DNA of 64,000 nucleotides, taken from Octopus vulgaris (taxonomy: Eukaryota). Both the position numbers and the translations under genes were made by a program. The DNA lies in contig OX597830.1 of assembly GCA_951406725.2 (NCBI GenBank), forward strand, positions 53,940,001 through 54,004,000, in the 5' to 3' direction. The notes beneath the pieces are model-generated. The model had not been told where the DNA came from. It ran no database searches and worked only from the letters and a program-made list of their open reading frames with translations. Of the stretch, positions 59,515-64,000 are shown one piece after another (positions within the stretch are counted from its first letter, which is position 1; every line of letters begins with the position of its first letter).

Positions 59515-59651
59515 GAGAAAGTTGGATGAAGATCGGAAAGAGAAATATTGAATGGTGACTCGCAAAGACAACCTTCAAAAAAAAATCTGTTCCACTCTAC
59601 TAAAAAAGTATCGAGTAGTCTTTCGTGTAATAATTGCATTGATGCAAAGTG

Positions 59652-59709
<58 letters not shown>

Positions 59710-60434
59710 CACTCGCGCCCCCACCACCACCTATTTGTCATTATCATCAAGTGGGTTTTGAGCAGCTGTTACTTAAAGAAACTCGAAGTTTGAAGGACAT
59801 GCTTAGGTGAAATTAAAATGAAAGCGCAAATTTAGTGCAAAGAAGCTCTGAGGTCAAACAGATTAATAATAATAATATTAATAAAACTCATTACAGAAAC
59901 GCAGTGCATTATGGTTAGGCAATATAATTGGCTTGCTTTTATATTTGTTTAGTATATAGTCATTATATTCAGAATGTTTGTTAAATGTAGCCATTATGAG
60001 ACATTTACAATTGAAATTATTGACTTTATAAAGGTAATATCATTTTATCTTTATAATGTCTTCCGTGCTTAATTATGCAGTAATTGGTAGTTTGTTATTT
60101 GTTGTTTTTTGTGTGTTGCTCATAAGATTTTTTTTATTTATGTGTGTGTTTGTGTCTTTTTTTTTGTTTTTTGTTTTTAAATAAAATCAATTCGATATTT
60201 AGTTTTACTTGATGCGACCACAATTCGTTTTGTCTTCTGTCAATGTGTCAAACAGCTTCTCAATGCTTCTTTGCCCTTGATTACTTTGTTGTCAAGAAAA
60301 TTTATTTAGAATTTTTTTTTTTTTTTTTTTTTGGAGAATCACTCGGAGAACGCACGAGTAGTATAAACTCACCATCTGAAAAGATAACCACAACAACAAT
60401 TTTTTTCTTTTTTTTTTTGCAGGTAAACAGCATG

Positions 60435-60492
<58 letters not shown>

Positions 60493-60880
60493 CCAACAAT
60501 GATAGGCATCAACATTAATAGCGTCATTTTACTCCTCCTCCTCCTCCTCCTCCTCATAATCGTTAACAACAACAGCAACAACAACAACAACAACAGCAAC
60601 AGCAGCAACGACAACAACGACAAAAGCGACAGACAACAATAGCAACAGCATCAATAACATCATCACCATCGTCGTCATCATCATCATCATCATCAGTATC
60701 ATCATCAACAACAATAATAACCATAAACAGTAATGACATCCGTATTATTGTGACAAAAACGACAGGCGAGGGGAAACTTAGAGAGGGATAATTTACAAAA
60801 AAAATGTATGGAAAAAGGATTGCAATAACATCAAAGAACATTAATTAGAAAAAGATCGTCATCATCGTCGTCGTCATCGT

Positions 60881-61160
<280 letters not shown>

Positions 61161-62315
61161 AGTAGTTGTATACTGTCAACTTAATGTGACAGTCCCATGA
61201 AAGGAATCATACTATTGCTATTTAGCCCTAGGAAGCAGCAACACTTCCTGTCGGCCTTGACACATTTCCTATGTCCTTATATTTACAACTGCAACTCTGC
61301 CTAGCCTTGGGAGGGAGGTTTTCGTTTGACACTCTGCATGATGACACATTTCCTATGTCCTTATGTTTACAAAGGGGAGATAAGCACCTCCACCCATCTA
61401 AGCCTGCATCCAAAGACTAGTTTCTGAGTCTTTGCCCGTCATCAGTCTGGAGTAGTATGGCCTGCTACTTTATCGTACCACTACTGCAACTCTGCCAAGC
61501 CTTGGGAGGGAGGTTTTCGTTTGACACTCTGCATGATGAAAAACAAAACTTATCTAAAGGTGGGATGAACTCAGTCGAGTCAACGTCAACAGCTCCAAGT
61601 CTTTGTTTAGAAGTAATCTCAGGTGTCACACCTTCGACTTGTTTCGCATCCAGTGATGTAGACTGGTTCTTGATTTTTGGTCAAATGAATATGTTGTTCA
61701 GAGAGTGTGATTAGCCCAGTTCAAGACATTTCATCACTTTCAAAAGCTTCTAGTATACGTGTTTGATTTTTAACATTTCTAGCAACATCTCTAGCATGTA
61801 TTGCTTAATATTGCTTGCTGTGTCGAGAAAGGCAAAACATCGAATGAAAAATTCCATGATGGAATGCCGGTATGCACCAGTGTGGGTGGTAACTCTTTGA
61901 ACGCGTATTGCAAGAGGTCCTCATTGTTGCCATATTTGTGCAACAGAGTGAAGGTCCCTAGCAGGACTGAAAATCCCTATCCGTACTGCTCATGTTTAAG
62001 ACAAAAACAAACAATGTTATTGTTTGAAATCGAGTTGCAGCCATCATCTACCTGCCTGCCTGTCTGCCTTCCAGCCTGTTAGTCTGTTTGTTGGTTTGTC
62101 TGTCTGTATGTCTGTGCAACCATTAATCCGGGCACGTTTTCTTCCCGTTTTTCCCCCTCTCTTTATCTGTTTTCTCTCCTCATTCCTTTCCGTAGAAGAG
62201 CGTAGTCTCAAAACGTCAAAGACTTCTTCCATTTTTCCTTAATACAACGCCTTGTTTGTTGATCCGTCACCTGTCTCTGTCTTTTGCTTTTTGTGTTGTG
62301 TATAGTTTTAAATTA

Positions 62316-62398
<83 letters not shown>

Positions 62399-62405
62399 AT
62401 CTGAC

Positions 62406-62497
<92 letters not shown>

Positions 62498-62539
62498 ATG
62501 TCTCCTCTCTTAAATACATATATGTATGTGTGTGCGTAC

Positions 62540-62577
<38 letters not shown>

Positions 62578-63898
62578 ACACCATACATTCGTATAAAGCA
62601 ACTGTGGCGTTTAGTAACAGAATTTCGTAAGCACCACCCCGGCCATTTTCGAGGTTAGTGAATCATTTTCTTTGTCTCGACGTCTAGAATCCGAAAAAGT
62701 TGGGAGGAAGAACCGGTGAGGCTTGCAATAAGGTCAAAATTCCGGCTGAAAAAAATTGTACCTTGACGCTGTTGACACGACGCTCGCTGAGCCACACTCG
62801 GACCAGAGAGTTTAGTAACACACCATCGTAAGCACACACGCTCAGTCAATAACTTTGGTGTGGTCCTTATATCGTTTTTTTAGTGTTATGGCTCATTTTC
62901 TAATATTCTCGTTACCATCGAAACGATAATGGACTATTATCTTACTATCTTGTCTTACTTTCCACTTAACTATACTTACCTTGGTATATTAAAACACAAA
63001 AAATACCTTGGGTGAGGGTCTCTGTATGTTTTTTTTCTAGGTATTATAACTAAAATATGCAATGCGATACACCGTTTCATAATACCTATTTATTCTACAA
63101 AATGAGAAAGACGCAGTCATTGTTTAATCTTTCAGATGCAAACATAAATATATAATTTCACATAGTCTTCGCAGTCATTTTAAGATCAAAACCAGCTTCC
63201 TAACGTCATTCCTTGTCGAGATATCGCATTCTGAAAGTCGCGAAACTTTGTGTTTTTCTCGGTTTTTAAGTTATGACACTTACAACAGTCTGTTACTAAA
63301 CGCTTCAATTAAAAAAAAAAGAAATTACAAGGATAGAACTATAAAGACAACACCACCACCACTAACAACAACATCAACAACACCGACTAGATCATATTTA
63401 CATGTTAGAAGTCCACAGTCATGTCCAGTATAATTGTTGGAACATTCGCAGTAATTTGAAGTTGTTAAACACTTTCCATTCTTGGCGCACGATACTCCCC
63501 AACGTCTACAATCAAAGTCGACTTTCTGAGCTGCAAAAGAAGAAAGACGAGAGAATGAGGATTACAACAAATGTTATTTATTTAATATGTAAAAATAATT
63601 ATTGTAAGACAAACAAATAAATAAATAAACACAAGACACGCATAAAGAAATAATAACGAATGCGTAACTCTAGATCTACATTTGTGCGTCTGTGTTTGTC
63701 CCCCTAGCATTGCTTGACAACCGATGCTGGTGTGTTTACGTCTCCGTCACTTAGCGGTTCGGCAAAAGAGACCGATAGAATAAGTACTGGGCTTACAAAG
63801 AATAAGTCCCGGGGTCGATTTGCTCGACTAAAGGCGGTGCTCCAGCATGGCCGCAGTCAAATGACTGAAACAAGTAAAAGAGTAAAGAGAGTAAAAGA

Positions 63899-63979
<81 letters not shown>

Positions 63980-64000
63980 GGACGTGCCGCCTGGGTAGGC

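Noticed and set aside
60359-60432. Minus-strand MLFTCKKKKKKIVVVVIFSD-G|GTGAGT as the EGF-ZP signal-peptide exon (or a 3-nt microexon cag|ATG|gtgagt)
   Set aside because: The phase fits, but it is built from poly-A and simple repeats and the hydrophobic core is short; not supportable without transcripts.
61255-61540. Short local duplications (GACACATTTCCTATGTCCTTAT; ACTGCAACTCTGCC...GCATGATGA)
   Set aside because: Most simply explained as rearranged fragments of a decayed repeat; no functional signal.
62974-63080. Strong minus-strand donor (CAAG|GTAAGT) as the EGF-ZP first exon
   Set aside because: The phase-1 frame has no in-frame Met before a stop; it could be a UTR exon, but there is no evidence.

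Overview
AT-rich, repeat-dense animal genomic DNA. The SINE families, microsatellite load and gene content suggest an octopod cephalopod, which is an inference. Two spliced genes face each other tail to tail. (1) On the + strand is a complete fructose-1,6-bisphosphatase (FBPase class I) gene with seven coding exons, 999 nt and 332 aa. It has TWO paralogous 155-nt first coding exons (2617-2771 and 18107-18261) that are 32/52 aa identical. Both splice in phase onto a single set of exons 2-7, so one gene could make two isoforms differing in the N-terminal AMP-allosteric helices. This is the most interesting signal in the window. (2) On the - strand is an EGF + zona pellucida (ZP) domain, furin-site, single-pass membrane protein. 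Eight exons were traced (45971 to 35300), but the signal-peptide exon was not identified. The rest is transposable elements: tRNA-derived SINEs, a decayed RTE-type LINE carrying a PHD finger, a Penelope-like element with inverted pseudo-LTRs and hammerhead-like motifs, Helitrons, mariner/Tc1/Tigger/hAT derivatives and several GG..CC MITEs with 8-9 bp TSDs. There is also a 15-bp minisatellite and long microsatellites. All calls were made by eye; no database searches were run.
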